From a virus (taxonomy: Duplodnaviria > Caudoviricetes): DNA of 37,700 nt. This document shows positions 18,160 through 26,153 of this stretch, in pieces (positions within the stretch are counted from its first letter, which is position 1; each line of letters opens with the position of its first letter). The stretch lies in the IMG/VR virus record IMGVR_UViG_3300025764_000010, positions 1 to 37,700 of that record; one strand, 5' to 3'. The translations under genes were made by a program, and so were the position numbers. The notes beneath the pieces were generated by a model. The model saw nothing but the letters and a program-made list of their open reading frames with translations. It was not told where the DNA came from and ran no database searches.

Positions 18160-18262
18160 ATGGAAATCGAAGGGCGCAAACCCACATGCTTTAGCGGTGG
18201 GATAGCCCGTAAACTTCTCCATAGTAATATTTAAATAGATTAGATACGTATATTAGTATCAT

Positions 18263-18418
18263 ATGGTGAATACACATATAATTAATACAGCTAAGAACAG
18301 AACGTATGTTTATATACCTTCGTTTCTGCGAAAAATGTTCGATATAACAACAGAAAGCAAAGTCGATATAACAACAGATGGAAAAAGCATAATCATAACG
18401 CCAAAGAAAAAGGAATGA
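18263..18418 (+). CDS. AbrB/MazE/SpoVT-like DNA-binding protein (51 aa), not in ORF track
   Basis: MVNTHIINTAKNRTYVYIPSFLRKMFDITTESKVDITTDGKSIIITPKKKE fits the swapped-hairpin pattern (V-x-IP...R...I...V-x-I...DG..IIITP). Ends 4 nt before tnpB. Confidence 0.75.
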   Translation: MVNTHIINTAKNRTYVYIPSFLRKMFDITTESKVDITTDGKSIIITPKKKE

Positions 18419-18422
18419 GAAC

Positions 18423-19691
18423 ATGCGAAAAGGAAACTTGTTTAGAATCTATCCAAACGAAGAGCAAAAACAATTGCTTGAACAACATTTTGGTGCGATT
18501 AGATTCATCTATAACAAGCTCCTGCATACTAAAAGTACAGCGTATAGCCAGTGTAGATGCAGTATTTCTAAAAGAGATTTAGCTGACCATATACAGGTGC
18601 TTAAAGAGTGCTATCCTTGGCTCAACGATATTTCTGCTCATTCTCTTCTTTCGGCAAATAATAATTTAGATGTGGCATATCAACGGTTCTTCAAAGGACT
18701 CGGTGCATACCCAAAAGAACATAAGAAGAAAGACAACCATTTCTCATATCAGTATCCAGATGCTTATCAGATTAATCTCACAACATCGGAAGTTTACTTG
18801 CCCAATATTGGTTGGGTTAAAGTTGTCTTCCATAGAGATTTCTTTAGTCCAGAGTTCATAGAAAAGAATATGGTTGTCACGATTGTTAAGAACCAACGTA
18901 TTCTAAAACATAAAGATAATATTGCTTTTCTCCGTACATTAACAGTTTCACGGACAGCTACCGGAAAGTATCATATCAGTATTCTAACTGAAAATGGACT
19001 TGAACTTCCTGAAACTCAACCATATACTCAGTCCGATGTTCTCGGTATAGACCTTGGATTAAAAACATTCGCGGTTTGTTCAAATGGAGATACTATAGAG
19101 AACCCTAGTTTTCTCCGTGAATCGGAAGAACGGCTTATAATGCTACAGAAACGTGTAAGTAAGAAAGTTAAAGGTTCGAAGAATCGAAAGAAAGCCGTTC
19201 GTAAACTTGCCAAAACGCACGAGAAGATAGCTAACCAACGTAACGATTTTCAACACAACGTTTCATTGCAATTAGTACGCGAAAACCAAGCAATTGCATT
19301 GGAAACTTTGAATATCGATGGCATGAAGCAAAACCATTGTCTAGCGAAGTCAGTTGGAGACGTGGGTTGGTATAGCTTTTGTGTTAAAATAGAATATAAA
19401 GCAAAGTGGCAAGGTAAAACGGTTTTAAAGATAGGACAATGGGAAGCCTCCAGTAAAACTTGTCATGTTTGCAGTTATCATAATTCAGAATTAACACTCG
19501 GAGATAGGGAATGGCTTTGTCCCGAATGCAATACAATGCACGATAGAGACATTAATGCCGCTATCAATATCAAAAAATTCGCAATTAGAGATTATCAAAT
19601 TCCGGTAGGGACTACCGGTAAAGCCTATGGACTTGGAAAAAACGACATAACCGCCAAGAATGAAGTAGGAAGCCTCACAGCTTTAGCGTGA
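18423..19691 (+). CDS. tnpB: RNA-guided endonuclease TnpB
   Basis: N-terminal FRIYPNEEQ...FGAIRFIYN. RuvC residues GIDLG, ALETL and DRDINAA all intact. Zn ribbon CHVC/CPEC. Confidence 0.95.
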   Translation: MRKGNLFRIYPNEEQKQLLEQHFGAIRFIYNKLLHTKSTAYSQCRCSISKRDLADHIQVLKECYPWLNDISAHSLLSANNNLDVAYQRFFKGLGAYPKEHKKKDNHFSYQYPDAYQINLTTSEVYLPNIGWVKVVFHRDFFSPEFIEKNMVVTIVKNQRILKHKDNIAFLRTLTVSRTATGKYHISILTENGLELPETQPYTQSDVLGIDLGLKTFAVCSNGDTIENPSFLRESEERLIMLQKRVSKKVKGSKNRKKAVRKLAKTHEKIANQRNDFQHNVSLQLVRENQAIALETLNIDGMKQNHCLAKSVGDVGWYSFCVKIEYKAKWQGKTVLKIGQWEASSKTCHVCSYHNSELTLGDREWLCPECNTMHDRDINAAINIKKFAIRDYQIPVGTTGKAYGLGKNDITAKNEVGSLTALA

Positions 19692-19720
19692 GGTAGTTCA
19701 CCAACGAAAAGGGACAGATC
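19560..19720 (+). ncRNA. Probable TnpB omegaRNA (reRNA) with guide starting about 19702; 5' boundary uncertain
   Basis: Inferred from the known architecture in which the omegaRNA overlaps the tnpB 3' end and right-end hairpin. Confidence 0.55.
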
Positions 19721-19768
19721 GTGTTAATTCAAAAATAGGAAGTAGCGTAAAACCGCGAGGGGACACAA

Positions 19769-19981
19769 ATGAGTGAAATATCAGAATATGATTTACAGAA
19801 AAGAATCGAGGTCTTAGAAAAACAACTTAAAAGCATAAAATATTGGATATTCGGGGTTGAGGTTGCAGTAGTGATTTATTTTTGCGGCCAGTTGTTGTTT
19901 TTTATCGCTTCAACGTCAGACCAACCGCTTCGATCCGTATACCAATTTCGTGATTATATAATTTACTGGTTCACGCATTGA
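19769..19981 (+). CDS. Small coiled-coil plus TM protein
   Basis: LQKRIEVLEKQL followed by a hydrophobic helix. Confidence 0.6.
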   Translation: MSEISEYDLQKRIEVLEKQLKSIKYWIFGVEVAVVIYFCGQLLFFIASTSDQPLRSVYQFRDYIIYWFTH

Positions 19982-20040
19982 GTGGAACTTTAAAAAATAA
20001 AAAGAGATGTTATATAGTTTAAGATCGATTGGATAAGAAC

Positions 20041-20144
20041 AGATAAGATTGAGAGACTTCGTTTCACAGACGGAGCCTCTAAAGGATGTATAACGAATGC
20101 CTAGTCTATACCATACACCACGAGAATATATAATTTTTGATTGG
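20041..20144 (-). ncRNA. Putative promoter plus hairpin sRNA unit 1
   Basis: Paralogous to 20195-20299. Minus-strand AAAAATTATATA box; stem AGAGGCTCCGT..ACGAAGTCTCT. Confidence 0.5.
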
Positions 20145-20194
20145 GTCAATAATAAAAATACATGTTAAATACTTTGAGATTAATAGAGTAAGAA

Positions 20195-20299
20195 AGATAA
20201 GATTGTGAGGCTCTATCTCGGAAACGGAGCCTCTACAGGAAGGTAATTGACTTGCTTAGATTACACTATGTACTGAACGAATATATAAGTTTTGATTGG
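20195..20299 (-). ncRNA. Putative promoter plus hairpin sRNA unit 2
   Basis: Minus-strand AAAACTTATATA box; stem GAGGCTC..GAGCCTC; pyrimidine-rich tail. Confidence 0.5.
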
Positions 20300-20331
20300 A
20301 TATTAATCTCCTGTTGTAAGGAGGCTATCCG

Positions 20332-20712
20332 ATGTCATTGAGTTTTGATATAACTGGATACACTGGATATCTCCCCCTCGGGAATCCCGCGCTTGCAGAG
20401 TACGAAAGTCGGAAACCCGCGTATTTTAGATCCATCGCGAAGGCTAGAGGCTACGAACTCGGAAAAGCTCTCTTACTCCAGAAGCCTAATTGGGCAGGCG
20501 TTAAGCAGCTTGATAGTTCAGAGTGTGCTTACTACCTGATGATGAAGGCTCCCGATGAACTGGAACTCAAGGACGACCTGACAAACCCTTATGATATAGT
20601 AATTAAGGCGATGTCATATGTCCCAGGATTCTTTGATGATGGGGCAGCAACCATCTGCAAAATGAAGGGGTTCAAGGGCATGAAATATCTCAGATACGAA
20701 CCAACAAACTAA
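20332..20712 (+). CDS. Hypothetical protein
   Basis: Strong AGGAGG RBS; T-tract terminator after the stop. Confidence 0.75.
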   Translation: MSLSFDITGYTGYLPLGNPALAEYESRKPAYFRSIAKARGYELGKALLLQKPNWAGVKQLDSSECAYYLMMKAPDELELKDDLTNPYDIVIKAMSYVPGFFDDGAATICKMKGFKGMKYLRYEPTN

Positions 20713-20748
20713 GCTTTCTTTTTTTTTCCTTCTTTTTCTGTGAATGAT

Positions 20749-21005
20749 CCGATACTATCAGAACTGATAGATGGGCTCTAACTTTTCTCGGTGGAACGCA
20801 AAAACAACGAAAAATACTCAAAATTCAAGAACCCTCAAAACTTCTTTTAAAAACAAGTATATATTATATTAATTCCATAACTATACAACATGGCTATTCG
20901 AGAAGATAGGTAAAATGGCCTATATTTTTAGAATTCTTGGTTTTTTTGAGTTTTTTTTCCTACAGACTTTTTCTTGAGGGCATCTATCAGTTCCGATAGT
21001 ATCGG
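20749..21005. repeat. 257-bp non-coding element bounded by 25-bp inverted repeats
   Basis: CCGATACTATCAGAACTGATAGATG (20749-20773) versus the reverse complement of 20981-21005: 24/25 identical. Confidence 0.85.
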
Positions 21006-21198
21006 GCGATCTGTCGACATTAACTATATATTAACGAGCCCTGTTATAATAAAGAGGGTGGCATCGTAAGTTAAAATTTTATATACAAACCTCTTTTCTA
21101 TTTACATGCCTGGTCGAAATATAATAAGGCGAGAATGCGACTATCTATAGACAATACGGCGTATGCCAGCCGTCAAGTCTGGGTCAAAAGGGAATAAA

Positions 21199-21375
21199 AT
21201 GTCAAAATATAACTGTCTTTATTCGTGTCAATGTGGTACTCTCTATATGGGGTATTATTTGGCAGCGGATGACGCCGATGAAGATGTAAGAGATTTGGTC
21301 AAAACTAAAATAAAGTGTAAAAAGTGCGGTAAATTTGCTATCTTGACAGATGTTGTCAAAAAGGATGAGAGGTGA
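21199..21375 (+). CDS. Small zinc-finger protein
   Basis: CQCG...CKKCGK. Confidence 0.6.
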   Translation: MSKYNCLYSCQCGTLYMGYYLAADDADEDVRDLVKTKIKCKKCGKFAILTDVVKKDER

Positions 21376-21435
21376 CTACCAACAGTTAAAACGTGGTGGC
21401 TCCCTGGTTGACATCTTTCTCTTTTTTCGTGTTTT

Positions 21436-21481
21436 ATTGTAGAAAACTTTATATAATAGCGAAGCCTATACTATGTACTGA
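21436..21481 (+). promoter_or_regulatory. Conserved archaeal-type promoter, copy B
   Basis: GAAAAC-TTTATATA (BRE/TATA); 38/46 identical to copy A. Confidence 0.75.
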
Positions 21482-21502
21482 TAAGTTAAGAGGTTGAGAC
21501 AA

Positions 21503-21682
21503 ATGACATACAATTACAAAATTCAAATAAAAACTATAAAAGGCGTGTTTTGTGTGGATACTACTACTCAAAAAATAATCAACGACGACGAAGCAAAAGA
21601 AATCGGGATACGCGAATTAATAAAGGTTGAGAATGGCCTTAAAATGATGGATTTCAGATATAAACTCATTGAGTCCGTATAA
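21503..21682 (+). CDS. Hypothetical protein
   Basis: GAGGT RBS downstream of promoter copy B. Confidence 0.6.
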   Translation: MTYNYKIQIKTIKGVFCVDTTTQKIINDDEAKEIGIRELIKVENGLKMMDFRYKLIESV

Positions 21683-21804
21683 AGGAGGCTTAAATATGGA
21701 ACCTTTGACAAAAAGTCAAAGTGTTTCAGTGGAACAAACTAAATAATATATGATATTCATGAATTACGCACTACAAATAGCTGATAAGTTACGGGGTGTT
21801 GAAA

Positions 21805-21918
21805 ATGTATCATAGAAAAGCAATTGCTTATCTCAATATATTTATATTCCTTTCCATTTTTTTAATCCACATTTATATAATTTTCATATACCAACCGATA
21901 AAAATAACCGGCGTTTGA
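21805..21918 (+). CDS. Small hydrophobic ORF or gene relic sharing its 5' end with the gene at 26970
   Basis: 21794-21851 matches 26959-27016 at 51/58 nt. Confidence 0.45.
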   Translation: MYHRKAIAYLNIFIFLSIFLIHIYIIFIYQPIKITGV

Positions 21919-22418
21919 AAAGATTGAATGAGTTACAAACGAGGTTGACAATGTATTCATCTGAAAATGTCTGTAATCTAATTAAAAAACAACGATGTTA
22001 TCAAAAATTAAATCATTTGCACAAATCCATTTGTATCAAAATCGATAGTGAAGATGACCATGTGATTTCAGTCAAAACAAATTTCACTTATAATAAAATA
22101 ACATCGTGTTTAAATTTTGCGTCGAGTATCATATATCGAACTAAAAATATTGCCCCTACTAAATATGGGAAACTTGATTGTAAAAACCTTAAAACAATTG
22201 AAATGTTTGCCCGAAAAGATCATAAATATAAAACGACCAACGCCAAAACACTTAATAAAAAAACAGTCGAACAACGGCACTTGAGTAAATACTATGAGAG
22301 GAATCGAGAAAAGCTTAACGCTCAAAGTCTGGAACTGTATCATTTGAATAAAGAAAAAATTAACGCTAGACGCCGAGAATTATATAAAGTACATAGAATG
22401 GAAATAACCGGAGTTTGA
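21915..22418 (+). CDS. Hypothetical basic protein
   Basis: ORF with C-terminal YYERNREKL/YHLNKEKI repeats common in viral proteins. Confidence 0.55.
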   Translation: MKRLNELQTRLTMYSSENVCNLIKKQRCYQKLNHLHKSICIKIDSEDDHVISVKTNFTYNKITSCLNFASSIIYRTKNIAPTKYGKLDCKNLKTIEMFARKDHKYKTTNAKTLNKKTVEQRHLSKYYERNREKLNAQSLELYHLNKEKINARRRELYKVHRMEITGV

Positions 22419-22433
22419 GCCCACAAAACAAAC

Positions 22434-22554
22434 AGCTACGTTTATACATAAAACGTAGCTATCCTAAATGATTCCAGCATTATTTTACCTTCTTTTTTTG
22501 AAAATATTAAGTGGTTTAATTGAAAATAGCTACGTTTTACATAAATGTAGCTAT
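22434..22554. promoter_or_regulatory. Two palindromic operators (AGCTACGTTT-N-AAA(C/T)GTAGCT)
   Basis: 22434-22460 has perfect 10-bp arms. 22526-22554 has 12-bp arms with one mismatch, followed by TTTATAT. Confidence 0.75.
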
Positions 22555-22671
22555 ATTAAATTTATATGATTTTGATAATGATTGCATAACAAAGTTTATT
22601 TAGTATAGTCTTCCATTCTGATTAATAACAATTGTAATGCTATTGTAAGATAACCTAACGGGGGTTGAAAA

Positions 22672-22815
22672 GTGAGTAATGCAACTGAAGTAATAACCGT
22701 CGAACCCGAAACAAAAGACAAACTACGGAGTTTAAAACTGTATAAAAAAGAAACGTGGAATGAGGTTATTAAGAGATTAATTGAGAATGTCAAAGATGAT
22801 CCTCTTGTAAAATAA
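22672..22815 (+). CDS. RHH-like / archaeal antitoxin-like protein (47 aa), not in ORF track
   Basis: VITVEPETKDKLRSLKLYKKETWNEVIKRLIE; GGGGGT RBS and GTG start. Confidence 0.75.
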   Translation: MSNATEVITVEPETKDKLRSLKLYKKETWNEVIKRLIENVKDDPLVK

Positions 22816-22821
22816 GAAGGG

Positions 22822-23376
22822 ATGATTTTGGAGGAAACTGGAACCAAAGAATGTAAAAAATGTCATCAACTTTTGCCGATCGATAGTTTTAGACTTAACC
22901 ATAGATGTTTTGAGAACACATGCAAGAAATGCCAGAATATAAGGGACATGCTGCGAAAACGAGAGATTGTCAAAAACAATTTAGTAAATAATCAGAAGAT
23001 GCGAATAACAAAAAGACTTAAACGTGGCACTATAGGGATGTCTAGTTTTACTTACGAAGAACTCTTACGAAAACAGATTTTGTATGCTGAACCTAAATTA
23101 TGTGCTCAAACATACAGATGGGTAGAACCAATAACTGTTCTAATCAAACGATTGATAAAAACATCAAATGTTAATAAAATGTATAATTATAAGACGTTAC
23201 AGATAAAAAGATCAAAATATAAAAATGTTCGCATATCAGTCCCGCCTGATACGAATGAACTTCTAAAACAAATACGTATGACTCTAAAAATTACTGAACC
23301 GAAAATCACTTATGATGAAATAATTTGGAGATTGATCGAAAATGACAAAACCGCGAAACGAGAACAAAACGACTGA
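22822..23376 (+). CDS. Zn-finger plus C-terminal RHH-like protein
   Basis: KECKKC...TCKKC; RISVPPDTNELL...TYDEIIWRLIE. Confidence 0.65.
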   Translation: MILEETGTKECKKCHQLLPIDSFRLNHRCFENTCKKCQNIRDMLRKREIVKNNLVNNQKMRITKRLKRGTIGMSSFTYEELLRKQILYAEPKLCAQTYRWVEPITVLIKRLIKTSNVNKMYNYKTLQIKRSKYKNVRISVPPDTNELLKQIRMTLKITEPKITYDEIIWRLIENDKTAKREQND

Positions 23377-23782
23377 AATTATAGGGCATGTAATATATCC
23401 AACTCCAATAAAAGAAGTTTATGATATATTTTTCTCAAAGCGAAAACAAACAGTGTATGATATCCAGATAGGAGATGCGTGTTTCAATGGCCGCACTCTG
23501 TCGGGGGATGCATTTGACTTACTTTTGGATCTCGGTTGTACACTATCGCCGAAACAAAAAGATTATACAAACACCCGTTCGAAAATCAATGGTGTCTATG
23601 TTCGGACTTTTTACGATTCGATTGAAAAGGAAATCGATGTTCGGTTTAATGCAATTGACAACGACGAACTATATAAAACTAAACACGCAATCGTAGATTA
23701 TGTGTATGAAATGACTAAAGTAAAAGGGGAAGAATCACCATATGAACGTATCCACGACTGTATGGAAGGGGTTGATGAGTAA
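23342..23782 (+). CDS. Hypothetical protein
   Basis: Overlapping ORF in the operon. Confidence 0.6.
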   Translation: MTKPRNENKTTEIIGHVIYPTPIKEVYDIFFSKRKQTVYDIQIGDACFNGRTLSGDAFDLLLDLGCTLSPKQKDYTNTRSKINGVYVRTFYDSIEKEIDVRFNAIDNDELYKTKHAIVDYVYEMTKVKGEESPYERIHDCMEGVDE

Positions 23783-24261
23783 TGATTGAGCACGGAGAGT
23801 TGGAGTCTGTGGGTATATATGAACATGATAATTACGTGCCTGTAAAAATTACAAAGGATGTGATCACACAGATTGCAAATTTGCCAAATGTAATAGTAAA
23901 AATTGATAGGCAACCCAGAACATATCATGGAAAATATTGTATATTTGGGGTTCCGGGCACTCGGTCGACAGTACATAGTATATCGGGGGTGATACGTGTC
24001 CACTTTATAGCTAAAACGACGAGAGAGTTAGATGATAAAATCGATAGAATTAAAACTGAAATGGTTAAACGTGAAATGATTAAAATTCATACTGAATGCA
24101 AATGGATATCGGATAAATCTAAACATAAGGAAATCAGACTAAAGGGATATATCACTTATCCAAATGAGCCCGGACCAAGAAGCACTCTGCTTAATTCTGT
24201 CCCATCTTACTCATATTATATTTTCAAAGACGGTGAGTGTTTAAATGCTAGACGCGAATAG
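23782..24261 (+). CDS. Hypothetical protein
   Basis: TAATG coupling; T-tract downstream. Confidence 0.6.
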   Translation: MIEHGELESVGIYEHDNYVPVKITKDVITQIANLPNVIVKIDRQPRTYHGKYCIFGVPGTRSTVHSISGVIRVHFIAKTTRELDDKIDRIKTEMVKREMIKIHTECKWISDKSKHKEIRLKGYITYPNEPGPRSTLLNSVPSYSYYIFKDGECLNARRE

Positions 24262-24566
24262 TCAACTACCGCCAAACGAAATATTTACTTTCTTTTTTTC
24301 ATTTTACAGTTCCTGTATCCCTCGGGGATCTTGGGGGGATATTTCGGGGAAGACAATTGAGTGAACAACGGATTTAAGAAGAGTAAGCTCGGAGCGATAC
24401 GACCCACTCCAAAGCTGAAAACGAGAAACCTAACTCTAATAGGCTCCTTGACTTCTTATATTTTTCGCATATCTCAAATACAACGGTAAGTTACCGTCAT
24501 ATACTAGTAAATTGCACATAAAAGGTATATTAAATTAACGGACACTAAAATTCTAGCTGGGGTTTT

Positions 24567-24697
24567 CGGGGATATTTCTGGGATATCCTGGGATATTCGG
24601 GGATATTTCTGGGATATCCTGGGATATTCGGGGATATTTCTGGGATATCCTGGGATATTCGGGGATATTTCTGGGATATCCTGGGATATTCGGGGAT
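24567..24697. repeat. 4 perfect 31-bp tandem repeats (CGGGGATATTTCTGGGATATCCTGGGATATT), iteron/centromere-like
   Basis: Units start at 24567, 24598, 24629 and 24660, with a partial unit at 24691. Confidence 0.95.
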
Positions 24698-24969
24698 TCA
24701 TATCATTTTTAATATCTCTTCTTCGGTTTGCGAGTGTTTCACTTTTATATTTTCCAACACATATTTTTTAAATTCTGATTCAGTTAAAATTTCCTCTTCG
24801 AAATCCACTGATATAAAATGATATCCGACCCGGTCGCAATATGGGCACGTGCATTTGACATACATATCTTTTCCTCCTGAATATTAAGTATGTTTCGAGG
24901 AGGCAATATTTATTAGTTTTATTTTGTAAAAATGTACGAATGTTATGATGTTATATGAGTCAACTAATA

Positions 24970-25176
24970 TTATTCAACATTCATTCTTCTTTTATTTTGT
25001 TCGGGTACGTCCGTTTTGGGACCATTGTATTTCATTAGAAATTCAGTTAAAGCTACGCCGACAAGGTCAGACATGCTTCCAAAATCCCCCCTATCCACTA
25101 AATCCTCGACTTGCCTTCTCGTATAGGGGCTGACTGTAGCGCATATAGTGTCTTTGTTTCTTCTTTGTTTTATCAT
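24970..25176 (-). CDS. RHH (CopG/Arc/MetJ) transcription regulator
   Basis: TICATVSP...VEDLVDRGDFGSMSDLVGVAL. Confidence 0.8.
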   Translation of the reverse strand: MIKQRRNKDTICATVSPYTRRQVEDLVDRGDFGSMSDLVGVALTEFLMKYNGPKTDVPEQNKRRMNVE

Positions 25177-25234
25177 AGTTGTACAGGTGTAATGGTATTG
25201 TTATATATACCTTCGCCGCGCGATTGTTAGGACA

Positions 25235-25256
25235 TTGTATCACTATAGTGTTACAA
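25235..25256. promoter_or_regulatory. 22-bp palindromic operator between divergent TATA boxes
   Basis: TTGTATCACTATAGTGTTACAA; TATA-like tracts at about 25201 and 25266. Confidence 0.65.
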
Positions 25257-25321
25257 ACGTTAGTTTTATATATTGTGATGAAGTTCTTACTTTTGTAATA
25301 CAATCAAAGTGGAGAAAAAAA

Positions 25322-25483
25322 ATGGAAGATTCAGTTGGTGTAAGATTTGCGGAATGCGATGTACAGGAACTCGAACTTCTCGTTCGGTCTAAAGTTTTTA
25401 TGAGCGTCAGTGATGCAGTAAGGGATCTTACGCGAAGAGGGCTCCGAGACGAAATGTCGAAACTGAGGTTGAAAGCGTGTTAG
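25322..25483 (+). CDS. RHH (CopG/Arc/MetJ) transcription regulator
   Basis: SVGVRF...LELLVRSKVFMSVSDAVRDL; GGAG RBS before the ATG at 25322. Confidence 0.8.
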   Translation: MEDSVGVRFAECDVQELELLVRSKVFMSVSDAVRDLTRRGLRDEMSKLRLKAC

Positions 25484-25640
25484 TTGGTTCCTGCCAGTGC
25501 AAGAATTGCGGCGGTTTCGTAATCTGGAACCTTCGAGCATGGAAATTTTATTTAGAAACATGGACGGCTGGATATTGTTTAGGATGTGGGTTGACTCGCA
25601 TGATGGAAATTATTGATTATCAAATAGCAGAGGAGGAAGC

Positions 25641-25892
25641 ATGAGTGCACGCTCCTTCGACAAAAAGTCAATTAAAACATTCCTTGACTTTGGAGAATGG
25701 AGGGTAGGATTCTTAGCAAGCCTGGCAAAAGACAACATCCCTGTGAAACAGATGCCGGATGGGTCCATAGTTGCAAAATTGGACGGGTTTTGGAGCGAAA
25801 TGAAACCGGACTTGCAGCAGGAAAACTATGAAGAGTGGGTTCGCTCTTTAAAAGAATTCTCGGAAAGACGCGAAAAAACAACACCGTTATAA
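25641..25892 (+). CDS. Hypothetical protein
   Basis: GAGGAGG RBS. Confidence 0.65.
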   Translation: MSARSFDKKSIKTFLDFGEWRVGFLASLAKDNIPVKQMPDGSIVAKLDGFWSEMKPDLQQENYEEWVRSLKEFSERREKTTPL

Positions 25893-25916
25893 TTTTTTCA
25901 TTGGAAAGGGGTATGT

Positions 25917-26153
25917 GTGGATCGTTCTTTCGAGAATGAGAATATTGTAGAATGCGAGGATTTCGAGGGCGCTGCGTCTAGATACAGGGTAATCCGGAAA
26001 ACGAAAGTAAAGTGCGAAAAATGTCCGGCACATATTGTTATTAAAAATATGAAAGTTGGAAGTCCGGTAAAATGCCCAGGATGTAAAGCCGAATACATCA
26101 TAAAACAACAGATACAGTTTAAGACGGTCATTGAGCTAGTCGGTGTGTCCTGA
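25917..26153 (+). CDS. Small zinc-ribbon protein
   Basis: CEKC...CPGC; coupled to the next gene. Confidence 0.65.
   Translation: MDRSFENENIVECEDFEGAASRYRVIRKTKVKCEKCPAHIVIKNMKVGSPVKCPGCKAEYIIKQQIQFKTVIELVGVS

Larger units (their letters stand above)
18168..19701 (+). mobile_element. IS200/IS605-family (IS1341-like) non-autonomous element; left boundary approximate
   Basis: Subterminal hairpins share the loop GCTTTAGC: CCCAC..GTGGG (18181-18201) and CCTCAC..GTGAGG (19673-19693). Ends in GTAGTTCAC. Contains tnpB but no tnpA. Confidence 0.8.

Noticed and set aside
18339-18378. 16-bp direct repeat TCGATATAACAACAGA as a regulatory or mini-array element
   Set aside because: Explained by coding sequence (DITT twice) within the AbrB-like ORF.
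20805-20813. Self-target of the TnpB guide (CAACGAAAA; also near 29270)
   Set aside because: Only about 9 A-rich nucleotides match, which is expected by chance.
24259-24300. Pyrrolysine (TAG) readthrough
   Set aside because: The TAG is followed by a T-rich terminator-like tract and no recognisable domain continuation. Other TAG stops were not convincing either.
24567-24697. CRISPR array
   Set aside because: Repeats are directly adjacent with no unique spacers, and no cas genes are present.
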